Notes: generated by a model not told the origin, from the sequence alone. DNA of 64,000 nucleotides from Roseibacillus sp. (GCA_051251855.1 JBPOGI010000003.1:128001-192000); one strand, 5' to 3'. Positions 38,790 to 48,728 are shown, counted from the first letter of the stretch. A program made the numbers and translations.

Positions 38790-41700
38790 TTAGAACTCCA
38801 CCTTGAGTCGGAAGAAGAGTCTCGCGTCCGCAGCTAGGCCAGCTCCATTAAGAAAGGCGGCGCTAGGGGTCACGGAGATTTCTTCGTACCGGTCGGCCAG
38901 CGGAGTGATGGTAACGTTGTTAGGCAGGGCCGGCGAATCTACTGCCAAGTCATGCCAAATCGACAAGTCGTCGCTGACTTGAACAATTTGGGTGGTGGTA
39001 AACGCGGTGCCATCTTCCTTGCGGCGATAACTGAAAGCGGCATTAGAACCCGCTCCTGAAAGAGAAGGAGCCAATTCAGGATCGGAAGCTGTTGGATCGG
39101 TGTCCAAGACGTATTCGATTCCAGTCTCGATCCCGTCTCCATCTGGATCGCCATTGACAGAGTTATCAGTCAGTGAGGCAAATGAATCGACCCAATTGGC
39201 GTATTCTAGGTCGTTATCGTAACTATTGAAGAGCGTGGAGACTTGTTCTTGGTCCAAGGCATAATTGAAGAGAATGAAATCATCGATATCGCCGTCATAG
39301 GCTCGGTTGTTGGCGCTCTGTGCTCCCAGTGTGAAGGAGTTGATCGATTGGATGGGATTCACTCTACCTGTTCCCGAGGAGAAAAGTTCACCGTTGAGAT
39401 AAATGTTCATTTCGCCGAGATTGGCGTTCTTGGTGAAGACCCAGTGATTCCACTGACCCATAGAATCACCAATGCTCGCTGCCGCACCTTTGAGGCGGTC
39501 ACTTGCATCCCAATAAACCCTCGTGTCAGTCCATGGGATGTGTGCGTTTAGGATTCTTGTGCCGCCACTGTTTCCGTAGAAGAGAGAAGTTGCTAATCCT
39601 CCTGGAAGGGGGTCGCCATCTGGAAGGCTGTCGCCACCCTTCAACCAAACTGAGATCGTGACTTCTTGGGAGAGGCTTTGGAAGGGCGTCACCGGAAGGG
39701 TTGCGTAATTGGCTCCGCCACTCATTTGCAGAGCGCCGTCCCGTACTCCATTGGTCCGCGCTCCTGAAACGAGAGTGCCATCGTAGCCATTTCCACTGAT
39801 ATCCTGTAGCACGTTTCCACTATCCTCATCTAGAGGCCAGTGACCTAAGACGAGTGCTGGAGTGACGATGATGGTCACTGTGGCAATTGTGCTTTCGGCA
39901 AAGGTGTCGCTGACGAAGTAACTGAAGGTGTCGACTCCGGAAAAGTTAGGGTGAGGAGTATAGGTCAAGTTTCCTGACGAACCACCGAGGGTTCCGTTCT
40001 GCGGTGGACTGGTGATAGTGTAGACAAGGTTAGCCCCCTCAGGATCGCTCGCAGAGAGTGACAAGGAAGAACTCCGTCCTTCCACCAAGCTCAAATTTTG
40101 ATTCGCAGCGGTGGGCGGCTGGTTATTGGTGTAGCTGTCGTGAAGAGCGAGCGTTTCTGCAGCATCGAGAGCATAGTTATAGAGGCGAACGTCGTCGACT
40201 AAACCATCATACCCGCCCGATCCTCCATCTGAGCCAAGCACGACGGAAGTGATTTCTGGGATGGTGCGGTTGTCAGCATCGTTGTAGGTGTCAAAAATTT
40301 GTCCATTGAGGTAAGCGCTCATGTTGCCGCTGCCATCTTTGCTAAAGGTCCAGAGATTCCACTGGCCCATGAAGTCCTGGGGGGAAGCATTCTGGCGCAA
40401 GGTATCTCTTCCTGTCACATCACCGACTTCCCAATAGACATCGGAGTTCGACCAGGGGAGATGGATATTGAGGAGGCGATTGTTGTTGCCATTGACTGCT
40501 CGGAAAATGGTGTCGGCGCGAGGTTGGGTGGTGTCTCCAAAGACCCACATCGAGAGTGTTATCTCGGTAGAAATCGTTTCAAAAGCTGAGGCAGGCAGGG
40601 TGGCCTTCTGCGTTCCGCCATTGAAGTCGAGCGCTCCACCCAGTCGCCCCCCTGTGGGCATCAAGGTTCCTGAATTGAGAGTGCCGTGGTGGCCGTTACC
40701 AGTCGAATCTGCCAGAAAAGTGCCGCTGGATTCGTCGAGCCTCCAGTTGGCGATCAATTCCTTTTCAATGACGATGACGTGAACGGTAGAGACAAAGCTC
40801 GTTGAGCTGCCATTGCTGTAGACGAAGTCGAAGCTGTCCGTTCCTACGAAACCAGTGTCTGGGGTATAGACGACCTCTGGAGCGGCACCGCTGAGCATGC
40901 CGTTAGTTGGCTCGCTAACAGTACTAAAGGTGAGTCCGCTGTCGTCTCCTCCGCTGGTCAATTTTACAACGGAAGAGCTGTCTTCGGGGATGCCCACCTC
41001 GAACTGATGGGCGGGAAGCAAATCGACGAGGGGAACTTCGAAGCAATGCACCGAGTTGGCGACTACTGTTGATGAGAAGCTATTACTTCCGGGAGCAGTG
41101 GTAATGGTGGAACCTTCGCCAGCGACATTGATGGATTCGTTCCAGCGGGTGGCAAGGACTTGGCCACTTGGATTCGTGTAGGTGCCCAGGTTCACTTGAA
41201 TCGGAACATCCGAAGAAGAATCATTCACGGCCCAGACGGTGACGAGATCATCCTTAATGAAGGCCGCTGAAGACTTCAGGTTATTGGGAAGATTAAGGTC
41301 GAGAGCGTGACCATAGTTAGAAGTATTACTGAGCTTCTGAAAAATGAAGAATTTCACATTCCTCGTTACGGTTCCGCCACCATTAAGAATGTAGGAATGT
41401 CCTTGGTTCGGAGTGCCGATCGCAAGCCAGCCGTTAATCCCGGTGAATCCGGCGCGCACAGCGTCGAACATAAAGTGAGAACTAGTAACTTCATCCGCAT
41501 TGCTGGTGCTCTTCCATCCGTGCAGCTCGGTGTTCCAAATTTCAACATCATTTCCCAGTGTGGCCCGCGCTTGATCGGCAAACTCTTGTTCTGTACCAGA
41601 GCCCGAGTCGCGGTTGGTGTTGTGAGAAGAAGCGATATCGATGGCCGCTCGTTTCTCCGGAGAATCTAGATTTTCGATCCACGACTCCCCTTGTGAAAAT

Positions 41701-42485
41701 TCCCATGAAGACGGTCCAACGAGCAGAGGCATATCGTCGGGAACGAGGGTGGGAAGCACTTGGTTAGGCAGCTCTAGAATAATGTTGGGATCGCCAATAT
41801 CGGTGGGGTCTGGATTGGGACGGTTCTGAACATAATCCTTCATGTATTCCGCAATATCACGAGCGTCTGATTGCGTGATGCGTCCTCCAAAGCGATTGCT
41901 TTGCCACTCGTTAGTGAGGTCCATGTAGCTAATCTTGAAGCCATGAGCCTTCATTAGGCGTAAGTAGCGGATCAGATACTCCGCGCACTTGAGATCCTGA
42001 AAGTCGTAGTCTCCGGAGGTGTAGCTAGAAGCACCAGTAACCCACAGAGGATAGGGCTGCCAAGTGGCACTCGACACGGCCTCGTTCAAGGGCCGTGGCG
42101 ATGCAAAAAATTTGATGTCTGCCTTCTTGGTCTTCATCTCCGTCATCATCGGGATGATTTTATTATTGTAGGCGCTCAAATCGTAAGTGCCTTCCACGAG
42201 CTCGAATTTAGAGTTCATCGCAACCCGGATGTAGTCCACGTTACAATCGATCATAGACCATTCGGCGACTTGGCGTTTGTTGGCGTTGGAGCCATACCAG
42301 AACCACAATCGTTCGTAGTCTAAGCCGTATCGTATCATCTGCTTCTCGGTACTTCCGACGGTGAGGACGGTTTGTCCCCAGACGCGCTGTGGAGTGAGGA
42401 GTAGACAGAAAATGAGGCCAAGGAGCCACAAGGGGCTCCGAGTGAAGGAGTGTTGGAGAAGGGTTTTTAGTGAGACGGTTTTCAT
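38790..42485 (-). CDS. secreted multimodular GH30-like hydrolase: catalytic domain, Ig-like, LamG, Ig-like, LamG, C-terminal domain
   Basis: Signal peptide; clan-A-like glutamates in TNEWQ and WNTELHG; two W.LDE..G...D.SGNG LamG modules; YTP..GF.G.D.F.Y Ig-like repeats. Confidence 0.75.
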   Translation of the reverse strand: MKTVSLKTLLQHSFTRSPLWLLGLIFCLLLTPQRVWGQTVLTVGSTEKQMIRYGLDYERLWFWYGSNANKRQVAEWSMIDCNVDYIRVAMNSKFELVEGTYDLSAYNNKIIPMMTEMKTKKADIKFFASPRPLNEAVSSATWQPYPLWVTGASSYTSGDYDFQDLKCAEYLIRYLRLMKAHGFKISYMDLTNEWQSNRFGGRITQSDARDIAEYMKDYVQNRPNPDPTDIGDPNIILELPNQVLPTLVPDDMPLLVGPSSWEFSQGESWIENLDSPEKRAAIDIASSHNTNRDSGSGTEQEFADQARATLGNDVEIWNTELHGWKSTSNADEVTSSHFMFDAVRAGFTGINGWLAIGTPNQGHSYILNGGGTVTRNVKFFIFQKLSNTSNYGHALDLNLPNNLKSSAAFIKDDLVTVWAVNDSSSDVPIQVNLGTYTNPSGQVLATRWNESINVAGEGSTITTAPGSNSFSSTVVANSVHCFEVPLVDLLPAHQFEVGIPEDSSSVVKLTSGGDDSGLTFSTVSEPTNGMLSGAAPEVVYTPDTGFVGTDSFDFVYSNGSSTSFVSTVHVIVIEKELIANWRLDESSGTFLADSTGNGHHGTLNSGTLMPTGGRLGGALDFNGGTQKATLPASAFETISTEITLSMWVFGDTTQPRADTIFRAVNGNNNRLLNIHLPWSNSDVYWEVGDVTGRDTLRQNASPQDFMGQWNLWTFSKDGSGNMSAYLNGQIFDTYNDADNRTIPEITSVVLGSDGGSGGYDGLVDDVRLYNYALDAAETLALHDSYTNNQPPTAANQNLSLVEGRSSSLSLSASDPEGANLVYTITSPPQNGTLGGSSGNLTYTPHPNFSGVDTFSYFVSDTFAESTIATVTIIVTPALVLGHWPLDEDSGNVLQDISGNGYDGTLVSGARTNGVRDGALQMSGGANYATLPVTPFQSLSQEVTISVWLKGGDSLPDGDPLPGGLATSLFYGNSGGTRILNAHIPWTDTRVYWDASDRLKGAAASIGDSMGQWNHWVFTKNANLGEMNIYLNGELFSSGTGRVNPIQSINSFTLGAQSANNRAYDGDIDDFILFNYALDQEQVSTLFNSYDNDLEYANWVDSFASLTDNSVNGDPDGDGIETGIEYVLDTDPTASDPELAPSLSGAGSNAAFSYRRKEDGTAFTTTQIVQVSDDLSIWHDLAVDSPALPNNVTITPLADRYEEISVTPSAAFLNGAGLAADARLFFRLKVEF

Positions 42486-42692
42486 GGGTTTATGAAGGAC
42501 TTCAGCGAGACGTAAACATCCTTTGCCTAAGGAGGCTTCGATTCGTGGGAGAAGCGTAAACTTTTACCCCCAAAAGTAAACGAGTGAACCAAGGAAAGGG
42601 CCTCGCGAAACTGGTGCTATCCTAGTGATTGCCGACTGAGCCTTGAGCAGAGAATTGGGCTCTTCCTTTCCCGTGCTGAGCTGGTCGGGTTT

Positions 42693-45600
42693 CTATTCTT
42701 CAGTCCAGGCTTCGAGCCTAAAGAAGTGCCTCTCAAGGGCTGAATAGTTAAAGTCAAAATCGATTTCGAGGAGTCCGCCGTTACCGAGATGGACCGCGCT
42801 TGCCGGTGACCAACCACTGGCATTGGTGAGGTCGGGCGAAGCCATGATCTGATAAAATTGGCCCAATCCAGATTGGGCAATCGAAGCGGAAACCTCTTCG
42901 CCGCCCTGAAGGTTGTAACCCAAATCGAGAGATGCCATCACGACGTTCTCTGTTAGAATGGGATCGGATGGAACAGCAGAGTCTTCATTCGAAGGGTTGC
43001 TTTCAGAGCCAGAGAGAGTGGCGGTGACGACGTAATAGTAGCGAAGTCCTGCCGTGAGACTTGCGGTGTCGCTGTAGCTTAGAGAGGTGACTCCAGTTGC
43101 AATTGTTGTGTAGGTTCCTCCGTTTGTAAGAGAACGCTTGACGGAGTATCCTGTCGCGCCTGGAACGGAGTTCCAACTTATGTCGATTTGCGAGGAGCTA
43201 GCATGAGTTGAAACGAGGTTTGTTGGGGCGTCAAGCGAGAGAGAGGCAAAGCTGAAGGAAGAGTTAGCGCTCTCGGTTCCAAAGGCCACCGCACGCATGT
43301 AGTAGTAATAGTTTGTGCCAATAGAAGTGTCGAAATCATCAACGCTTGTGGTGGTGATTCCGCTTAGGATTTCGGTGTAGGTTCCTCTGCTGCTCGTGGA
43401 GCGGAATATTTTGTAAGAGGTGGCACCTTGCGAAGCGGTCCAAGATAGATTGATGTGTGAAGCTCCGACAGCCGTCGCACTGAATCCCGCTGGAGGGTCG
43501 AGGTTGAGAGGAATGGTAGCGCTCGCGAATGATGAGTTGGCGCTCTCTCCTCCAGTATTCACAGCTCTCACCACATAGTAGTAAGTGACTCCTGGTGTGG
43601 CATTGGTGTCGCTGGTGCTCGTGGTCGTCAAGCCGCTTGCGATTTCGGAGTAGGCTCCGCCTGCGCTTGTCGCGCGCAGGACTTTGTAGCTGGTCGCGGA
43701 GGTGACGGCATTCCAAGCGAGATCGATCTGGGTAGTTCCATTTGCTGTCGCGGTGACGTTTGAGGGTGCTTCGGTGGCAGGGGGGGCTGGAAGGACGATC
43801 TCTAACCAGTTGAGGTTAAACATGGCGCCAGAGCCACTTTGGTTGGAGCCGGCTTCGGTATAGGTAAGGTAGAGGTCATGGGTGCCGGAGGTGGCCTCAA
43901 GAGGAGTCTCGATGGTGAGCCATTCTTGCCAGTCGCCGGTTGTGGGGATTGCGGTGCGACCAATGATTGGGCCTGTTTGACTGCCAGTGCGAATCTCGAT
44001 TTCGCCGTCTGGGCGTCCGGAGGGAGCCGCGATGCGAAAGCGAATGTTGGTCGCGTCTGAGAGGTCAATGCCGTCGTAGGAAGTCCAGTCGCCATTATTG
44101 ATGTTATTGACGTTCAGGCCACCTCCCACATCGGTCGTGGTTTCGGTGCTGTGTGACGAGGGGTTGCTGCTGTCGTAGCTTTCCGCTTCGATGCGAACAT
44201 AGGTTCCCATTTCAGGTTCCAAGAGAATCTCGATGCAATAGGCGGAGTTGTCTTGGGCCAGGGTCTCGACGGAAGCAGTTGTCGTCGCTTGTAGAGTCTG
44301 CGTTAAGCCTTCGATAGAGATCCCGTCGTGCTGACTCCAGCGGGTGACCTTGATGGGATGATCGCTGATAGTTCTCCCCGTTGGGTTGATGATGATCGGG
44401 TAATCTTTGTCGGAGTGATTGAGGACCCAAACGGTCATCAAGTTGCCGCGAATGAGTGCGGATACGGCGGAATCTGCATCTTCTTGATCCGGGTCCGAAT
44501 CCCAATGAACCTTGAACTCATCAGGTTCATTGACCTCTAGAGCATATCCCCGATTGGACGTGTTCGTGAGCTTCTCGAACATGTAATATTTCACGCTACG
44601 CTCTGAATTTACGATATAGGAATGCCCTTCGTTAGGAGTGCCGCGAGCCAACCATCCATTGAGGCCCGAGAACCCTGCGTTGATACATTCTAACATGTAG
44701 GCATAAGTGAGCACTTCGTCGGCGTTAGAGGTGCTTTTCCATCCATGCACCTCTGTATTCCAGACCTCGGGGACCGTGTCTCCAGGTTGATCGAACTTAT
44801 TGTTCGTTGCATCGACAATGTCCTGCGCCGTACCTGTCCTGTCAGTGTTGTGGCTTGAGACGATGGAAATCGCCTCTTTGTCGCCGGTATCGAGGTTGTT
44901 GACCCACTGAGCTCCTTGTGTGTAATTCCAAGAAGAAGGGGCTACGATTTCAGGAATATCACTCGGTGCCAGCGTAAGGCCGGGATACTCTGGGTGTTCC
45001 CAAGGAGCGTTGAAATAGGTTACATGAAGATACTCGTGGATATTGTCCATGTCGTCTTGAGTGACGCGGCCGCCGCCCACATTGCTCTGCCATTCGTTGG
45101 ACACATCCAGATAGCTGATCTTGAAGCCATTGTGTTTCATCAGGAGCAGATACTTGACGAAATACTCCGCGCATTTATCCCACTTGAAATCAAAGGAGCC
45201 ACTGGTGTAGCTGGGCGCTCCAGTGACCCAGAGTGGGTAAGGTTGCCATCTGATGTCGTTTTTGCTCTCACTGATGGCGTTATGCGATTCATTCAGGGGG
45301 CGAGGCGAGGCGAAGAACTTGACGTCTGGATTGGCGTCTTTCATGTCCTGCATCATCGGGATGATACGGTCGTTGCTGGGGTTGCCCCCGTCACCGGTGT
45401 AGGCATTCAAATCAAACACGCCCTCGTTAAGTTCGTATTTTGAGTTCATCGCGACCCGAACATAATCGACATCACAGTCAGCTACTGACCATTCGGCGAT
45501 TCGATCTCTGAGTGAGGCAGCGCCCGTCCAATACCAAAGGCGCTCATAGTCGATGCCATAACGCATCTGCTGCTGTGGTGCATTCCCAACAGTTAATGTT

Positions 45601-46559
45601 AAGGGAGGCACGGGGATGTAGGGATAGATGGTGAGCCAGTTGAGGTTGAAAAGAGAGCCGTCTCCTCCGATGTAGTTCAATCGCAGGGTCTTCGTTCCTG
45701 CGGTGGCGAAGTTCACGTTGGCAGTGACCGTGGTCCAATTTTGCCAACCGCTGGTACCCGGGACAGTAATGTTCCCAATCGTCACCCCATCGGCCACGAT
45801 GTCAATGGAACCGCCGGCGGTGTCAGAAGCGGTTCGAAAATCGATCACGTAGTCTCCCGCCGCAGGAATGGTGACGGAATATTGAGACCAGTCGTTATTA
45901 CTGATGTAGCTGAGGTTAAGTCCCCCCCCTGTGTCTGTGGTGGCCTCCGTCTGAACTCCGTTCTGTGCGGTATAGCCCTCAGCCTCAATGAAGAGAGGCG
46001 GAACTTGATAGCTGAACCAGTTGAGGTTGTAGAGATATCCGGAATCACCGTTGAAGTTGAGTCTGATTGTCTGGGGGCCTGCGTTTGCGAAAGTGACGAT
46101 GGTGCTGACGTTAGTGTATACCTGCCATTCGCCGTTAACAGCGACATCCACACTGCCAAGAGTAGATCCACCAGAGACGATAGCAATAGAACCACCTTCA
46201 CCATTAGAAGCTACTCGGAAGTCGACCTCATACGAGCCGGCTTGAGGAATATTAATGGAATATTCCGCCCAATCTCCGCCATTGATGTTACCGAGATTCT
46301 GACCTCCTCCGGTATCGCCGGTGCCTTCTGTCACTACCCCACTACTGGTCGAAAAAGCTTCCGCTTCAATTTGGGTAGCTTGCCCAAAGGCATTGGAAGA
46401 ACACAAGAGGGTCGTTAGAAGAGTGACCGCAAAGAATCCATGCCTGAGCGCATAGCTGACTAAGCTTGCAAGGGGGAGAGTGGATACTTGAGAAATATTT
46501 TGGGAGCTCAAATCAATTGAAGCAGGGGAGCTATTGGCAATACTTTGGGCTTTGAACAT
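42693..46559 (-). CDS. secreted multimodular GH30-like hydrolase: CBM6 x2, catalytic domain, CBM6, Fn3 x3, C-terminal domain
   Basis: IEAE...D.GGG.N...I..GDW..Y CBM6 repeats with TG.WQ.W; SNEWQ and WNTEVHG; three Fn3 repeats with YYY; start placed at ATG 46559. Confidence 0.78.
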   Translation of the reverse strand: MFKAQSIANSSPASIDLSSQNISQVSTLPLASLVSYALRHGFFAVTLLTTLLCSSNAFGQATQIEAEAFSTSSGVVTEGTGDTGGGQNLGNINGGDWAEYSINIPQAGSYEVDFRVASNGEGGSIAIVSGGSTLGSVDVAVNGEWQVYTNVSTIVTFANAGPQTIRLNFNGDSGYLYNLNWFSYQVPPLFIEAEGYTAQNGVQTEATTDTGGGLNLSYISNNDWSQYSVTIPAAGDYVIDFRTASDTAGGSIDIVADGVTIGNITVPGTSGWQNWTTVTANVNFATAGTKTLRLNYIGGDGSLFNLNWLTIYPYIPVPPLTLTVGNAPQQQMRYGIDYERLWYWTGAASLRDRIAEWSVADCDVDYVRVAMNSKYELNEGVFDLNAYTGDGGNPSNDRIIPMMQDMKDANPDVKFFASPRPLNESHNAISESKNDIRWQPYPLWVTGAPSYTSGSFDFKWDKCAEYFVKYLLLMKHNGFKISYLDVSNEWQSNVGGGRVTQDDMDNIHEYLHVTYFNAPWEHPEYPGLTLAPSDIPEIVAPSSWNYTQGAQWVNNLDTGDKEAISIVSSHNTDRTGTAQDIVDATNNKFDQPGDTVPEVWNTEVHGWKSTSNADEVLTYAYMLECINAGFSGLNGWLARGTPNEGHSYIVNSERSVKYYMFEKLTNTSNRGYALEVNEPDEFKVHWDSDPDQEDADSAVSALIRGNLMTVWVLNHSDKDYPIIINPTGRTISDHPIKVTRWSQHDGISIEGLTQTLQATTTASVETLAQDNSAYCIEILLEPEMGTYVRIEAESYDSSNPSSHSTETTTDVGGGLNVNNINNGDWTSYDGIDLSDATNIRFRIAAPSGRPDGEIEIRTGSQTGPIIGRTAIPTTGDWQEWLTIETPLEATSGTHDLYLTYTEAGSNQSGSGAMFNLNWLEIVLPAPPATEAPSNVTATANGTTQIDLAWNAVTSATSYKVLRATSAGGAYSEIASGLTTTSTSDTNATPGVTYYYVVRAVNTGGESANSSFASATIPLNLDPPAGFSATAVGASHINLSWTASQGATSYKIFRSTSSRGTYTEILSGITTTSVDDFDTSIGTNYYYYMRAVAFGTESANSSFSFASLSLDAPTNLVSTHASSSQIDISWNSVPGATGYSVKRSLTNGGTYTTIATGVTSLSYSDTASLTAGLRYYYVVTATLSGSESNPSNEDSAVPSDPILTENVVMASLDLGYNLQGGEEVSASIAQSGLGQFYQIMASPDLTNASGWSPASAVHLGNGGLLEIDFDFNYSALERHFFRLEAWTEE

Positions 46560-47121
46560 GAATTTTTGGTTTTTTTGGAAGGGGCAGCGAAGAAAGGGGG
46601 GGGCTTCAAGAAATGAACGAATGAGCTCAAAGGTTGGATGGGATGAAAGTTCTTTCCCTCGCTCAGTTACTTTAACGCATATTAGTGCTGAACAAAACAA
46701 TTCAGGGAGAATATTTCTTAGGATAATTTTCTCTTTTTTGGCCGATTTTGGGGAGAAGGTGTTGGCGTTAAGCCGAAAAAGGGGGTGGGTGAGCGACAAT
46801 TCACTCTAAAATGGCTCGGAAAGTGCGCTTTTAGACCCTTTGTACCAAGAATTCTACTTCGGAAGGGGTTCTCATCATCCACTTTTTCTCATCCTTACCA
46901 AACGAATCCAGCAGGCTGAGATCTGGAAGGTCACGAAATAGAAATATCAGGATATCTGGCTCAAACTTGTTCGGCGAAAGCTAATCCAGTAGTGGGTATT
47001 TGGACGGAGATGCTCTTCGTGAATCAATGGAACATCGCTATTTTGCGCAGGAGGCTATCTTTCCGATACCCACGAAAAGGCTCTTGATTCCCAAAACGAG
47101 AGAAACACACTGTGTGCAGGA

Positions 47122-47595
47122 ATGAGGGCTATCTTCATCGGTTTAGCATTGTTGTTTCTGCTGATTGGTTGTCGCGAGAACCCGAAGAAGAGAAATGCCC
47201 TCGTAACGGATTCAGGAGTTGGCGCGCTGCGAAGCTCTCACTCTGTTTCTGTAATCATACCGGAGGGGTATCATGGTTTGGTTGGATGCGGCTTTGAGGG
47301 ATTTGTTTCTGGTGCAGCCGAAATTGGGGGAGTGTCTTTCCCGAAGCAGAAAAGGTTTGCGGCTAGCTCAGTAAGAATCAGCAAGCATTTGCACGGTCTC
47401 GAGGTTGAATATGGCGGGACTCGGAACGTTCTCCACATCAGAGGAGAGATTGAACTAGATTACGGGGACTACAGGTTCGAGAACTTGGAGAATACGAGAG
47501 TTGTTATCGGAACCGTGATGATTGGAGATGATAGAACGGAGTTCTTTGTTTGTCTTGGCCCTCTTGTTGAGGCTATTGCGAAAGGAGAAAACTAA
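47122..47595 (+). CDS. hypothetical lipoprotein
   Basis: MRAIFIGLALLFLLIGC lipobox. Confidence 0.7.
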   Translation: MRAIFIGLALLFLLIGCRENPKKRNALVTDSGVGALRSSHSVSVIIPEGYHGLVGCGFEGFVSGAAEIGGVSFPKQKRFAASSVRISKHLHGLEVEYGGTRNVLHIRGEIELDYGDYRFENLENTRVVIGTVMIGDDRTEFFVCLGPLVEAIAKGEN

Positions 47596-47599
47596 GGAA

Positions 47600-47727
47600 A
47601 GAGAACGAATCACAGTACTAAAAGTATGATCACGCTGGAAAGTCGCTGGTTGACTGAGGAAGGGGGCGTGATAGAACGAGTGGAAGTGTGCCGGGTCGTT
47701 TGGATTGGGTGTGCTAAAACGTCAGCC
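47600..47727 (+). other. degenerate attC-like site
   Basis: AAC-N5-ACAGTAC ... GTGTGC-N6-GTCAGCC arrangement, 5 nt before the next ATG. Confidence 0.4.
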
Positions 47728-47732
47728 AAATT

Positions 47733-48218
47733 ATGAAATTCGCAATATTCTCAATCCTGCTTTGGACATTCGCCAGTTTGACCATCAATGCCGAAGAAAA
47801 ACTTCCTCTTAAGGTAGATGCAGGAGAAAACTGGAAAGTGGAATACAAAGGCGATGGTATTCAGTTCTTCAGTTTAACCCGAGCAGAAGAAGAGAATACA
47901 CTTCTCATGTTCTCGCGATGGCCGGCACCTGGCGGGAAGGAGCAGATCCCAGCTACGATTAAGATGATGGCAGAGAGCTTTCTTACTGAGATCGTAAAGA
48001 ATAAGGAACTGAAGGACATTAAGAAGGAATACAAGGTTGAGAAAATTGAGGGTGCACAGTATTCGGGAGAAGTGGCCGTATTCGAAATAAAGGATGGGAT
48101 GTATCAGACTATATTCATGGTAAGTGATGGAGATGGCATTTGGAACGGTCAGTTTACTGGGACTTTGGCCATGTGGGAGGAAGCGAAGGAGATTGTTAAG
48201 AAGCTCGAAAAAGGATAA
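47733..48218 (+). CDS. hypothetical secreted protein
   Basis: Signal peptide MKFAIFSILLWTFASLTINA; A-rich composition. Confidence 0.75.
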   Translation: MKFAIFSILLWTFASLTINAEEKLPLKVDAGENWKVEYKGDGIQFFSLTRAEEENTLLMFSRWPAPGGKEQIPATIKMMAESFLTEIVKNKELKDIKKEYKVEKIEGAQYSGEVAVFEIKDGMYQTIFMVSDGDGIWNGQFTGTLAMWEEAKEIVKKLEKG

Positions 48219-48312
48219 CAAGACGCTGTAATATAAATTCGACCGCGCTCTTAAGTTGGGTGGAGTCCTAGGGGTGGAGTCCTAGGGGCGGAGCGTGGCA
48301 GAGCTGCGGTAT
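48213..48312 (+). other. degenerate attC-like site containing a 14-bp tandem duplication
   Basis: Stop codon inside TAAC, then N5-GCTG ... GCAGAGC; GGGTGGAGTCCTAG repeated at 48258-48271 and 48272-48285. Confidence 0.35.
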
Positions 48313-48359
48313 GCCTTTTGAGCGGGTTGGATTCGTTACTTTGAAACGTTGAACGAAAA

Positions 48360-48728
48360 ATGGTTTTTACAGATTCTATCCTTCGAAATTTTGCGGTGGC
48401 TAGTTTGTCTGTTCCTGTGACGTCGATGCTCCTCTGCGCGAGCTACCTTTTCCGAGCCCACCAAGAGCTGGGATTCTTGCCAACATACGGGAATCCCGAC
48501 CCAAAGGATCTCGGGTGGCCGATTCATCATCTACTGATTTTATTGAGCCTCTTAGCTGTTATTCCAGCGCTGGTTTTCAGTGGCTTGTTATCGATTTGTC
48601 TTATCAGCCAAGGACGTCAGTCGATTGGGAACACGGTAATGTTTCTGACCCTAGGGTTTGGCGTAGGTTTCACTTGGCTAGCGTTGTCCTCGTTTGGACA
48701 GGACTTCTGGGGATGGTATGCTGACTAG
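48360..48728 (+). CDS. hypothetical membrane protein (3 TM)
   Basis: Three hydrophobic segments; PTYGNPDPKDLG loop; ends WGWYAD. Confidence 0.7.
   Translation: MVFTDSILRNFAVASLSVPVTSMLLCASYLFRAHQELGFLPTYGNPDPKDLGWPIHHLLILLSLLAVIPALVFSGLLSICLISQGRQSIGNTVMFLTLGFGVGFTWLALSSFGQDFWGWYAD

Noticed and set aside
46560..46799. 80-aa N-terminal extension of the CBM6 hydrolase given in the ORF track
   Set aside because: AT-rich and promoter-like, and it would place the signal peptide too far inside; ATG 46559 or later is more plausible
46800..47110. Possible gene remnant in the intergenic region
   Set aside because: Short open stretches exist but show no recognisable motif or start; unsupported
48258..48293. 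Short direct repeats as a CRISPR array
   Set aside because: Only two adjacent 14-bp units, no spacers, and no cas genes in the window
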